Shown: positions 27,132 to 35,361 of the stretch, piece after piece
Layout: each line of letters begins with the position of its first letter
Position numbering within the stretch: position 1 is the first letter of the stretch
NCBI GenBank assembly: GCA_029259175.1
Contig: JAPDJH010000002.1
Coordinates: 18,733 to 82,732 of the forward strand
DNA from: Hadesarchaea archaeon
GTDB taxonomy: Archaea > Hadarchaeota > Hadarchaeia > Hadarchaeales > Hadarchaeaceae
Length of the DNA: 64,000 nt
Direction of reading: 5' to 3'
Notes under the pieces: generated by a model
What the model was told of the DNA's origin: nothing
The model's database searches: none
What the model saw: the letters and a program-made list of their open reading frames with translations, nothing else
Position numbers and translations under genes: made by a program

Positions 27132-27992
27132 TCAAGGTTTTCTCGCAATGATTCCGGCGGCGACTTGTTTTTTCGTTTCAAATCCGGCTTCTTTTAGTCG
27201 TTTGTTTACTCCGGCAACCAATTTTTTCCTTCTCCATTTTCCGGGATCGCCCACATAGTGATAGAGCCATCCGCCGGGTTTGAGCACTCGGAAGAGTTCG
27301 TCGTAGAACGACTTGGAATAGAGCTCGCCGGCAAGGGCGAAACGCGGGGGGTCGTGCAGGATTCGGTGGAAGTGGTTTTTGGGCAGCTCTGGCACTAGCG
27401 TTGCTGCGTTTTCGAGCCACAGGTGGATGTGAGGGGCGGCAAGTTCGTGTGACCAGGGATTCACCTCAGCCATCTCGAGCACGTGTGGATCGATCTCCAC
27501 GGTGGTCACCTCGGCTCCCTGCCGGTACGCGATTATGGATGTGTAGCCTAGCCCGGTTCCTATGTCTAGGATCCGAGCCCCGTCGAATACGCGAAGTGCA
27601 CGGACCTTTTCCAGAGCGTCCCGCCAAGGCGTTATGTTTTCGATTCGGTGCATGTGGATGCCCGAGACTTCTAGGGTGGGTGCCCGATCCGGTCCCACAG
27701 CGAGCAGGCGATAGTAGCGCCCATTCGCGTAAAAAGCCACTTTGAACACGTTTCCTTCTTTTACCATGCACACATCGCCGGTTTTCATCTTGTCGAGGAT
27801 CTCTAGTTCCACTATCGAACCATCTGGGAACACAACACCACTTTCGTTCAGTTTCACTTCGCTTTTGGTCAGCCCCAGATCGAGGCTGATTTTGACGTTT
27901 GCTTTCTTCTCTCCCAGTGCTCGCTTGAGGACGTCGACCGTTTCGCGCACGAGCAATATGGCGGCTTTCGGGCGGAATGTGTAGCGCTTCAT
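27132..27992 (-). CDS. SAM-dependent methyltransferase with N-terminal extra domain
   Basis: Has ILDIGTGLGY and HDPPRF. The ATG at 27992 overlaps the upstream stop (ATGA). Confidence 0.7.
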   Translation of the reverse strand: MKRYTFRPKAAILLVRETVDVLKRALGEKKANVKISLDLGLTKSEVKLNESGVVFPDGSIVELEILDKMKTGDVCMVKEGNVFKVAFYANGRYYRLLAVGPDRAPTLEVSGIHMHRIENITPWRDALEKVRALRVFDGARILDIGTGLGYTSIIAYRQGAEVTTVEIDPHVLEMAEVNPWSHELAAPHIHLWLENAATLVPELPKNHFHRILHDPPRFALAGELYSKSFYDELFRVLKPGGWLYHYVGDPGKWRRKKLVAGVNKRLKEAGFETKKQVAAGIIARKP

Positions 27993-29134
27993 GCTGTCCC
28001 CACGATTTGGAGTGCCAGTTCTATGGCGCGAGTCGGAGAGGGCACGATCACAGCCCCGCACTCTGCTAGCTTTTTTTCTTGGCTGGTGCGAGAGGGGGTG
28101 TCGCCGTCGGTGCCCAGAACGGTTCCGATAACGCTCAGATATCCACCTGTGTCTTCTACGGTTTGCTTGGCCTTTCTGATGGCTTCTCCTATTATTGTTG
28201 CGGGGTTTGGGTGTCCTCCTCGCCCAAGTTCGAGGTCGAATACGATGACGGCCAATCCCAGGTCGCTCGATTCTTTTATCATTCTGGATGCCAATGGGGC
28301 CGGATCCATCAGCAACTCCTGTTCGCCCGTGAATTCGGCGGCGCTCATGTCGACGAGCGCGTGCCCCCGACTGGAGTGAGGATCCGCCAACCGGTTGCGT
28401 GGTTTCAACGGCACATTGGAGTAGGGCGTTTTTCCACGTTTTTCGAGCACGACTTGAGCTTCAGCACAGAGAAAGCGTCCCGTGTACAGCCCGCGGATGT
28501 GTCGCTGACCATAAGCGAGTTCTGCAGATTCGCGCTCTACGATTTTTTTCGCAGCCGTTTCATTGGGAAGTTGGTGGTTTAGTGCGGAAGCCATCTTTCC
28601 GGCCGTTTCGAGTAGGGTTTGAGAGATTCGCCTTGAGGGGAGGTGATCCGGCATACAAAAGAAGCAAGGTTTATCTAATGTGTTCACGGCTTCCATGATC
28701 TTTCGCTCCACCGTTGTGGCCGGAGTGAGGCCCACCACCCCTATGACCTCGACTTTAGGATCCTCGTTTAGAAATCGAAGCGCTTGGATGGTGCTGCTCC
28801 CCGCAATCCTTTGAGATAGATCGCGGGCCCCCACATAGAGAACATGTCTGATCCCCACCGGGGCCAGCAGAACAGACAAGCCTCTCAGCCCGGAAGTGGT
28901 GGTGCCGACGAGCCCGACCGGACCGGGTGGAAGGGCATTCCAGCTCCCGAACCGGAGATCTCCAACTATGGAGAAGGAGCACCTGGGCCCCAGAAGCAGT
29001 ACTTCGCGTTCACCCGCAAGCCGCTTTATCTCGCTTTCCTCTTCGATGGTTAAATCGCAGCGCAGAACCACGTGTTTTTTCGAGTTGATGGCCTCGACCG
29101 CTTGCGTGCGGCTGTGTGCTTCCGCAACTTCCAT
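27989..29134 (-). CDS. FdrA-like (succinyl-CoA-synthetase-alpha-like) protein, N-terminally short
   Basis: Has LLLGPRCSF, VGLVGTTTSG and GARDLS. The track start TTG 29206 lies inside the repeat element, so ATG 29134 is preferred. Confidence 0.65.
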   Translation of the reverse strand: MEVAEAHSRTQAVEAINSKKHVVLRCDLTIEEESEIKRLAGEREVLLLGPRCSFSIVGDLRFGSWNALPPGPVGLVGTTTSGLRGLSVLLAPVGIRHVLYVGARDLSQRIAGSSTIQALRFLNEDPKVEVIGVVGLTPATTVERKIMEAVNTLDKPCFFCMPDHLPSRRISQTLLETAGKMASALNHQLPNETAAKKIVERESAELAYGQRHIRGLYTGRFLCAEAQVVLEKRGKTPYSNVPLKPRNRLADPHSSRGHALVDMSAAEFTGEQELLMDPAPLASRMIKESSDLGLAVIVFDLELGRGGHPNPATIIGEAIRKAKQTVEDTGGYLSVIGTVLGTDGDTPSRTSQEKKLAECGAVIVPSPTRAIELALQIVGTA

Positions 29135-29177
29135 CGGATAATTGTCGGTGCGGTGGCTTTTTTTGATTTTAGGAAGG

Positions 29178-29463
29178 GGATTCTCTTCGAAACCCTTGAC
29201 TCGCAAATACTTTCGCCGGCCTCTCCCCGAAACGAGCTTAAACGGGAAGGCGGAACCGCTTTACGGAATGCCCGGGTCAGTGACTCCAGAGAGCGCTTCC
29301 CGCACCGTCCGTGGCGCTCTGCGGGAAGCAGGTCACGCGCGGATCAACAAGCCCGGAAAAGAGGTTCCCGGAGCAGCGCTCCGGGAACGGGGCCGTGCGG
29401 GTTCCGGCCCTGAAGGCGGCCTAGAGCCGCCAACTTCGGAGGTCAAGGCTTCCGAGGAGAACC
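29178..29463 (+). repeat. GC-rich ~286-bp repeat element, copy 1 (MITE-like or structured RNA)
   Basis: Aligns end to end with 40191-40478, including a 70-nt perfectly identical block (29361-29430 = 40376-40445). Termini GGATTCTCTTCG / CGAGGAGAACC are complementary. It is flanked by TAGGAAGG on both sides (29170-29177 and 29464-29471). Confidence 0.75.
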
Positions 29464-29501
29464 TAGGAAGGGTTTTAGAGTTGCAACGCTAGAAGGAATG
29501 G

Positions 29502-29939
29502 ATGACTCGGGCGGAGTACGGGAGCGGCAGAGTGATTCTTGCACGTTTGCCCCACAACGGGGTTATTCCGGAGGAGATCCAGAGGGCCGCGGAGGACTTC
29601 CAGATTCGGATGGGGGTTTTCACTTTGGTGGGGGCTCTGAAGCGGGCAAAGCTCGCGTATTATGACCAGCGACGCAGGGAATACAAGGTTCTCGAGGTGC
29701 TCGGTCCGCACGAGATAGTCAGCTGCGTGGGCAACGTGTCGCTCTACAAGCGGAAGCCCTTCGTGCACGCGCATATCGTGCTTGCTGACGAGCACGGAGG
29801 CACTAAAGGAGGACATCTGTTGCAGGGGGTTGTTTTCGCCGCCGAGCTTCACTTACACGAGTTGAGTGGACCGATTCTGGAGCGGAGACCGGATCGGACC
29901 ACAGGTCTAGCACTCTGGCAGCGCTCAAAACTCTTATGA
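29502..29939 (+). CDS. PPC/DUF296-domain protein
   Basis: GRVILARL..G..I.EEI...F.L.GA...A.L.YYD...H.H..L.D..G...GGHL pattern. Confidence 0.65.
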   Translation: MTRAEYGSGRVILARLPHNGVIPEEIQRAAEDFQIRMGVFTLVGALKRAKLAYYDQRRREYKVLEVLGPHEIVSCVGNVSLYKRKPFVHAHIVLADEHGGTKGGHLLQGVVFAAELHLHELSGPILERRPDRTTGLALWQRSKLL

Positions 29940-30092
29940 TGGACAATCGCGACCAGCACGGTTCGTCAAGCGCTGAGATTATCGAGTTCAAATCGAGGTC
30001 GAAAAAGGTCTAGTACGGCATGCTTTGAAGCCGAAAACCCTGTACATAGCTTGCACGTCGAGGGGGCCTGTTGGATTTTTCATGTTTAGTTG

Positions 30093-30142
30093 GTACAACT
30101 GGGGAGTTGTATTCCTGCGGGTTATACAACCGGGGAGTTGTA
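30093..30142. promoter_or_regulatory. Two tandem copies of a hairpin/palindromic motif TACAAC(T/C)GGGGAGTTGTA spaced 31 bp apart
   Basis: 30094-30111 tacaactggggagttgta and 30125-30142 tacaaccggggagttgta. They lie in a 390-nt intergenic region upstream of 30330. Confidence 0.45.
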
Positions 30143-30329
30143 AGCCCTTGCATCCTTTGCGCCCGGCTAGCCAGAATTGAGCATGGTGGTGTGAATCGTG
30201 AGCGCGCCAAGCTCGGAACCCGTTCGATGCATCCCGACCTCTTCCGCCACCGAGTGCTCCACCGGGTTGGAAAAAGCCTCGGAGGGTCAAACCTAAATAA
30301 CGCCTTTCATATGTTCTCGAGGTGGAAGA

Positions 30330-31565
30330 ATGGCCAGCTTCGACCTGGTGATCAAGAACGCGAGGACGAGGGCAGATCCTAAGCAAACCGTGGAGATCGC
30401 GATAAGCAACGGCAAGATCGCGCGGATTGGACACTCCGTCGGGAAGGGTGACCAGGAAATTGATGCCGGAGGCGGCTTGGTCACGGAAAGCTTTGTGAAC
30501 GCTCACCTGCACATGTGCAAAGTGTACACCTTGGAAATGATTGGGGAGGATGCGATGCGGGCATACCAAGAGGGAGGCATGGACAAAGCGATGATCGCGA
30601 TTGAGCTGGCCTCCAAGGTCAAGCGCAAGTACAAAGCGGACTGGATTTACGAGAACGCAAAACGCGCTTTGCTTCTCGGAATCAAACACGGTGTTCTGCA
30701 CTACCGCGCGTTCGTGGACACCGATACCAAAGGAAAGCTGGAGGGCATCAAAGCTCTGCTCAAGCTACGCGATGACTTCCGTGACCTGGTGGACTTGCAG
30801 GTGGTGGCGTTTCCCCAAGACGGTGTTGTTCGCGATCCGGGAAGCGAAGCGCTTGTGCGAAAGGCTGTGGAGCTCGGAGCCGATGTGGTTGGCGGTATCC
30901 CTTGGATCGAGTACACCGAGGAAGACGCCCAGCGCCATGTGGATTTGATGTTTGACATCGCGGTGGAGCACAATCGAGACATTGCCATGCTCACTGATGA
31001 CGCGGGAGATCCGGGACTGCGCACCACAGAGATGCTCGTGCGCCGAGGCATCAAAGAGGGATGGACTGGAAGGGTAGAGATCTGCCATGCTCGTGCCATG
31101 CAGCTTTATCCCGGCCCGTACTTCGAGAAGCTCGTGGCGCTGCTGAAGCGATGCGACGCGGGAGTCGTTTCCGATCCGCACACCGGACCGCTCCACGCCC
31201 GTGTTTTTGAACTGCTCCAGCACGGCGTGACAGTAGCTCTGGGTCAGGACGACATTGCCGACGCCTACTATCCCTACGGCCAGAACTCCATGCTTGAAGT
31301 GGCCTTCTTGGCCTCTCACCTGTTGTGGGCGACCACCTTTCACAAAATGGACGTTCTCTACGACATGATCACCGTGAATCCAGCCAAAATTTTGAGATTG
31401 TCGGCTTACGGGCTCAAAGAGGGTAGCCGTGCTGATCTGGTGGTGCTAGGGGCGCGCTCGGTGTATGAGGCCCTGACGTACCAAGACCCGCCGCGGTACG
31501 TGATACGAGCTGGCAGGGTGATCGCTGAAAACATCGCTGAGACCAAGTACGGGTTCTCCCTTTAG
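30330..31565 (+). CDS. Amidohydrolase-superfamily protein (cytosine deaminase/AtzC-like)
   Basis: Has FVNAHLHMCK (HxH), AFPQDG and later conserved H/D positions. Confidence 0.8.
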   Translation: MASFDLVIKNARTRADPKQTVEIAISNGKIARIGHSVGKGDQEIDAGGGLVTESFVNAHLHMCKVYTLEMIGEDAMRAYQEGGMDKAMIAIELASKVKRKYKADWIYENAKRALLLGIKHGVLHYRAFVDTDTKGKLEGIKALLKLRDDFRDLVDLQVVAFPQDGVVRDPGSEALVRKAVELGADVVGGIPWIEYTEEDAQRHVDLMFDIAVEHNRDIAMLTDDAGDPGLRTTEMLVRRGIKEGWTGRVEICHARAMQLYPGPYFEKLVALLKRCDAGVVSDPHTGPLHARVFELLQHGVTVALGQDDIADAYYPYGQNSMLEVAFLASHLLWATTFHKMDVLYDMITVNPAKILRLSAYGLKEGSRADLVVLGARSVYEALTYQDPPRYVIRAGRVIAENIAETKYGFSL

Positions 31566-32755
31566 AGCCATCCACGACTGCGCATGGTCTCGACCAAATT
31601 CTGTGTTGCCAATGCCAGAGCAGCCGTGCGCATGGAGACCTTGTGTTCGTCCGCAAACTCTAGCACGTGGTCGAAGGTCTCAGAGAGAATGGATCGGATG
31701 GTGTCAAAGGTTTCCTCCCGTTTGGTTCGCGTGCCGGACTTGCCCTTTCTCCACTCGTCGTAACTGGCGATAACACCTCCAGCGTTTGCCAAGATGTCCG
31801 GAACGACGGGGATTCGCCTTTTCGTCAGGATTTTGTCCCCTTCCGGAGTCGTGGGTGCGTTCGCGGCCTCGATCACCAGCCGGGCCCTGACCTCGGGCGC
31901 ACTCTTAGTGTTGAGCACCGCACCTACAGCGGCTGGGATGAGCACGTCAACGTCTAGGCTTAAGAGCTGCTCGTTGGAAATCCGCTGGGCCTCGAATCCT
32001 TGCACACTGCCCGTTTGTTGCGCATGTTTTCTCAGTTCGACGATGTTCAAACCATTGGGATCGTACAGGCCTCCGCTTACATCTGAGACGCCCACGATCC
32101 GCGCCCCCCACTCCGAAAGAAACGTGCACAACCACGACCCGACGTTTCCGAATCCCTGCACCGCCACGGTGGTTTCTGACAGTTCCTTTTTCAGAAACTC
32201 GCGCACTGCACGCGCGGTGATGACGGCCACTCCGTACCCCGTGGCCTCGAGACGTCCCGGAAGCCCGCCGATCCCAACGGGTTTTCCTGTCACGCTTTCT
32301 CGGATGTGTGTTTCTGAGAAGATGTCGGCCATCTCGGAGGGCCCCGTTCCTAGGTCGGGCCCGGGCACAAAGTTCCCAGAAGTCAGTTCGTACCGGAGTT
32401 CGTGGGCAAAGCCGTGCATGATCATTGATTTCGCTTCGCGTGACAATGTGCTTTCTGCGGCTATCCCGGCCTTGGCTCCACCGAAGGGCAAGTCCATGAG
32501 TGCGTTTTTGTAGGTCATGAGCTCCGCTAGCTGGATGGTCTCTTCCAGGGTCACGTGAGAACTCATTCGAACGCCCCCCTTGTAGGGAGGACCGCGCGCC
32601 GTGTTGTGATACACCACGAATACGTGCACAACGTGGTGTCCGGGCGGCAGATAGCGGCGGATCCGGAAGTGAATTACGCGGTCCGGTTCGCTTAACAGCT
32701 CGAGGGTTCGCTCTGGAGCGCCTATGAGATCGAGGATCTGAGAGTTGATGAGCAT
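31562..32755 (-). CDS. gdhA: Glu/Leu/Phe/Val dehydrogenase (glutamate dehydrogenase-like)
   Basis: Has KGGVRM, PFGGAKAG, VQGFGNVG and ANAGGV. Confidence 0.9.
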   Translation of the reverse strand: MLINSQILDLIGAPERTLELLSEPDRVIHFRIRRYLPPGHHVVHVFVVYHNTARGPPYKGGVRMSSHVTLEETIQLAELMTYKNALMDLPFGGAKAGIAAESTLSREAKSMIMHGFAHELRYELTSGNFVPGPDLGTGPSEMADIFSETHIRESVTGKPVGIGGLPGRLEATGYGVAVITARAVREFLKKELSETTVAVQGFGNVGSWLCTFLSEWGARIVGVSDVSGGLYDPNGLNIVELRKHAQQTGSVQGFEAQRISNEQLLSLDVDVLIPAAVGAVLNTKSAPEVRARLVIEAANAPTTPEGDKILTKRRIPVVPDILANAGGVIASYDEWRKGKSGTRTKREETFDTIRSILSETFDHVLEFADEHKVSMRTAALALATQNLVETMRSRGWL

Positions 32756-32842
32756 CAGTTCTGTATGGGTGAGTGTGACAAAATAAAGGTGGCGGTGTAC
32801 ACGCCAGTCAGATTTTTAGGCGGTTGGTCGAGGTTATTGTGC

Positions 32843-33670
32843 ATGGAGCGAGTTGCGGATCTGCATGTCCACACCACCTACTCCGACAGCATTTATTCGC
32901 CAGAGCAGGTTCTCAGGGTAGCGAAGGAGCGCGGTCTTGCGGCCATCGGGATCTGTGATCACGACTCGGTCAGCGGGATTGAAGAGGCGCTGGAGCTCGA
33001 GAGCCGATACGGGGTCGAAGTGGTTCCAGGGATTGAGTTGAGCACCGAATACCGCAACATGGAGGTTCACATCTTGGGATACTTCATGGATTGGAATGAT
33101 TTGCAGTTTCAGGCACTCTTGAAGACCATTCAGGAGGTGCGAAAGTGGAGGGCGGAGCTCATGGTCACCAAACTCCGACAGCTGGGATTCAATCTGGAGT
33201 TCGAGGAGGTGCTGGCCGAGTCGGACAAGGGCGCGGTGGGCAGACCACACATCGCGAGGCTCATGGTCAAGAAGGGCTATGTGGCGACGATGGATGAGGT
33301 GTTCGAGAAGTACTTGAAGTACGGGGGGCCCGCTTACGTTCCGAAGTACAACATGCTGCCGGAGGAGGCGGTGCGGCTGGTGCGAAAGCTGAGGGGCATT
33401 CCGGTGCTGGCCCACCCGAAGTTTTCTCCTCTGAGTGAGGAAGAGATCGAGTACTTGATAAGCCAGGGGCTGAGGGGGATCGAGGCCTATCACGCACGGC
33501 ACACTCCAGAGGAGGCACAGCAGTACGTGGCGCTCGCGGAAAAGTACGGATTGCTCATCACGGGGGGCAGCGACAGTCACGGAGAAGAGGATCCAATCGG
33601 GTGTGTGCGCCTGCCGTACGAGCACGTGCGCAGATTGAAGGAGGAGCGAAAGCGGATGGTGTTCGAGTGA
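32843..33670 (+). CDS. PHP-domain phosphoesterase
   Basis: Has DLHVHTTYSD, ICDHD, GIEL and GGSDSHG. Confidence 0.85.
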   Translation: MERVADLHVHTTYSDSIYSPEQVLRVAKERGLAAIGICDHDSVSGIEEALELESRYGVEVVPGIELSTEYRNMEVHILGYFMDWNDLQFQALLKTIQEVRKWRAELMVTKLRQLGFNLEFEEVLAESDKGAVGRPHIARLMVKKGYVATMDEVFEKYLKYGGPAYVPKYNMLPEEAVRLVRKLRGIPVLAHPKFSPLSEEEIEYLISQGLRGIEAYHARHTPEEAQQYVALAEKYGLLITGGSDSHGEEDPIGCVRLPYEHVRRLKEERKRMVFE

Positions 33671-34362
33671 GGGTACGGGCGAGGGCCGCCATTTTCGACC
33701 TCGACTGCACTCTGGTCGACACTCTGGAAAGATTTTTTGAGGTGTTCAACGAGTGTCTGAAGCGCAGGGGGCGCGGGGAGCTCGGCTGGGACGAGTTCTT
33801 CAAGCACTATGTGGACGATACCCTCGACGATGTGGTCGCCCCCTCGGGCACTTCAGACCGGGACCGCGTCCTCCACGAGTTCTGGATGGAGTTCCTGTGG
33901 AAATACCGGGAGGGGGATCCAAAGGCCAGGCTTATTCCCGGAGTACGGGAGGTTTTCGAGGAGCTCTGTCGTCGCGGTGTCCCCATAGCCGTTATCACGA
34001 GTTGCATTGTTCCGTTCGGGAAGGTGCGGGAGGAGCTGGACGCCCACGGAATTGGTGAGTTCGTTAAAGTCGTGGTTACGGCTCACGATGTGGTGCAGGA
34101 GCTCGAGCGCGGTCATCACTTCTCCAAGGTCGAGATTTTTCAGCTGGCTGCCGAGCGGCTTGGGGTGAGGCCCCAAGAGTGTGTGGTGGTGGGCGATTAC
34201 TGGAATGACATCCGCGACGGGAAAAGGGTGGGTGCGCGCACGGTGGCGGTTCTCACGGGGCTGATGAGGCGTGAGCTGCTCGAGCGCTACGGGCCGGACG
34301 CAATAATTCCCTCAGTTAAAGAGCTGTTTGATGTGGTTCAGTTCGAGCCACCACAAGAGTAA
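33667..34362 (+). CDS. HAD-superfamily hydrolase
   Basis: Has AIFDLDCTLVD, ITSC and VGDYWNDI. Its GTG overlaps the upstream stop (GTGA). Confidence 0.85.
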   Translation: MRVRARAAIFDLDCTLVDTLERFFEVFNECLKRRGRGELGWDEFFKHYVDDTLDDVVAPSGTSDRDRVLHEFWMEFLWKYREGDPKARLIPGVREVFEELCRRGVPIAVITSCIVPFGKVREELDAHGIGEFVKVVVTAHDVVQELERGHHFSKVEIFQLAAERLGVRPQECVVVGDYWNDIRDGKRVGARTVAVLTGLMRRELLERYGPDAIIPSVKELFDVVQFEPPQE

Positions 34363-34390
34363 AAACTAGTGGAGTTCTTCTGGTGAATGG

Positions 34391-34729
34391 ATGCACATAG
34401 ATGGCACGAGTTTCGGATCGATTACAATCGACGGAACCGTATACAATCACGATGTCTGGATTCGTGTAGACGGATCAGTGAAAAGGCGCGACCGCAATCA
34501 CGAGTTCACGCTGGACGAGGCGTGGGAGCTGCTCGAGGGGGATCCGGAAATCATCGTGGTGGGCACGGGACAAGCCGGGCGTGTTCGGATCGAGGATGCG
34601 GTTGTTGAGGAGCTGCGAAAGCGTGGGGTTGAATTGGTGGCAGCTGAAACGCCCAAGGCCATCCTGTTTTTCAACGACGCGGTCCGGAAGGGAAGACGAG
34701 TTGCCGCAGCGCTTCACGTCACTTGCTGA
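34391..34729 (+). CDS. Mth938-like (DUF498) domain protein
   Basis: FGSITIDGTVYNHDV....PEIIVVGTGQ. Confidence 0.65.
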   Translation: MHIDGTSFGSITIDGTVYNHDVWIRVDGSVKRRDRNHEFTLDEAWELLEGDPEIIVVGTGQAGRVRIEDAVVEELRKRGVELVAAETPKAILFFNDAVRKGRRVAAALHVTC

Positions 34730-34764
34730 ATTTCTCGATATTTAGAAAACGGCGGACTTACGCG

Positions 34765-35361
34765 CTACTTCGAAAGCGCTTTCATCCCCAGCTCAAACGC
34801 CCTCGCGTTGGCATCGATGGTTTTCGGCGGGACGTTTTCCTTTATAGCCTCCTTCAGGACCTCGGCTGGAAACGGAAGCTTTCCCGTCGCCGCCAGAGCT
34901 CCGAGCATCACCGTGTTCGCAGTCCGAACATTGCCCGCCTCCTGCGCCAGCTTGGTGGCATCCAGCTTGATCAGCTTCCCCTTCAGCTTGCTGATCGCCT
35001 GCTCGATCTCCTCCATGCTCGGATACCGCGCCCTCCCTATGTTTACGTCCATCGGATACCACGGATGGATGTTCGTTATCACCAACCCCCCGGGCTTCAG
35101 GAACTTCACAGCGTTCCGCAGCCCCTCCAGCGGCTCAACAGCCACTATGACGTCCGCCCCGTCGCACGGCACCAGCGGCCCTTCAACCGTTTTACCAATC
35201 CGCACATGGCTCGCCACCGCTCCTCCTCGCATAGCCGCCCCAAAGGTTTCTCCAACCCTGGCCCGCAGCCCTGCCTTGATGGCAGCGATCGCCACGATGT
35301 GTGAAGCCAGAATGCTTCCCTGACCTCCGACCCCCGCAATGATCAGGTTCAGCTCGCTCAC
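34765..35361 (-). CDS. iorB: Indolepyruvate:ferredoxin oxidoreductase subunit beta
   Basis: Has NLIIAGVGGQG. Its GTG overlaps the iorA stop (GTGA). Confidence 0.9.
   Translation of the reverse strand: MSELNLIIAGVGGQGSILASHIVAIAAIKAGLRARVGETFGAAMRGGAVASHVRIGKTVEGPLVPCDGADVIVAVEPLEGLRNAVKFLKPGGLVITNIHPWYPMDVNIGRARYPSMEEIEQAISKLKGKLIKLDATKLAQEAGNVRTANTVMLGALAATGKLPFPAEVLKEAIKENVPPKTIDANARAFELGMKALSK

Noticed and set aside
29178-29463. Considered calling the two ~287-nt GC-rich repeats archaeal SRP (7S) RNA or RNase P RNA. The cues were paired 5'/3' ends, CAGGCCCGG...GGAGCAGC, and CGAAACGGGCTTA resembling the RNase P ACAGAAnCCGGCUUA.
   Set aside because: There are two diverged copies 11 kb apart. 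There is no GNAR tetraloop on the helix-8-like stem and no GAGGAAAGUCC-type CR-I motif. The RNase-P-like motif is at the wrong end. Copy-specific flanking direct repeats fit a mobile element better. I leave this as an explicit check (cmscan) rather than a call.
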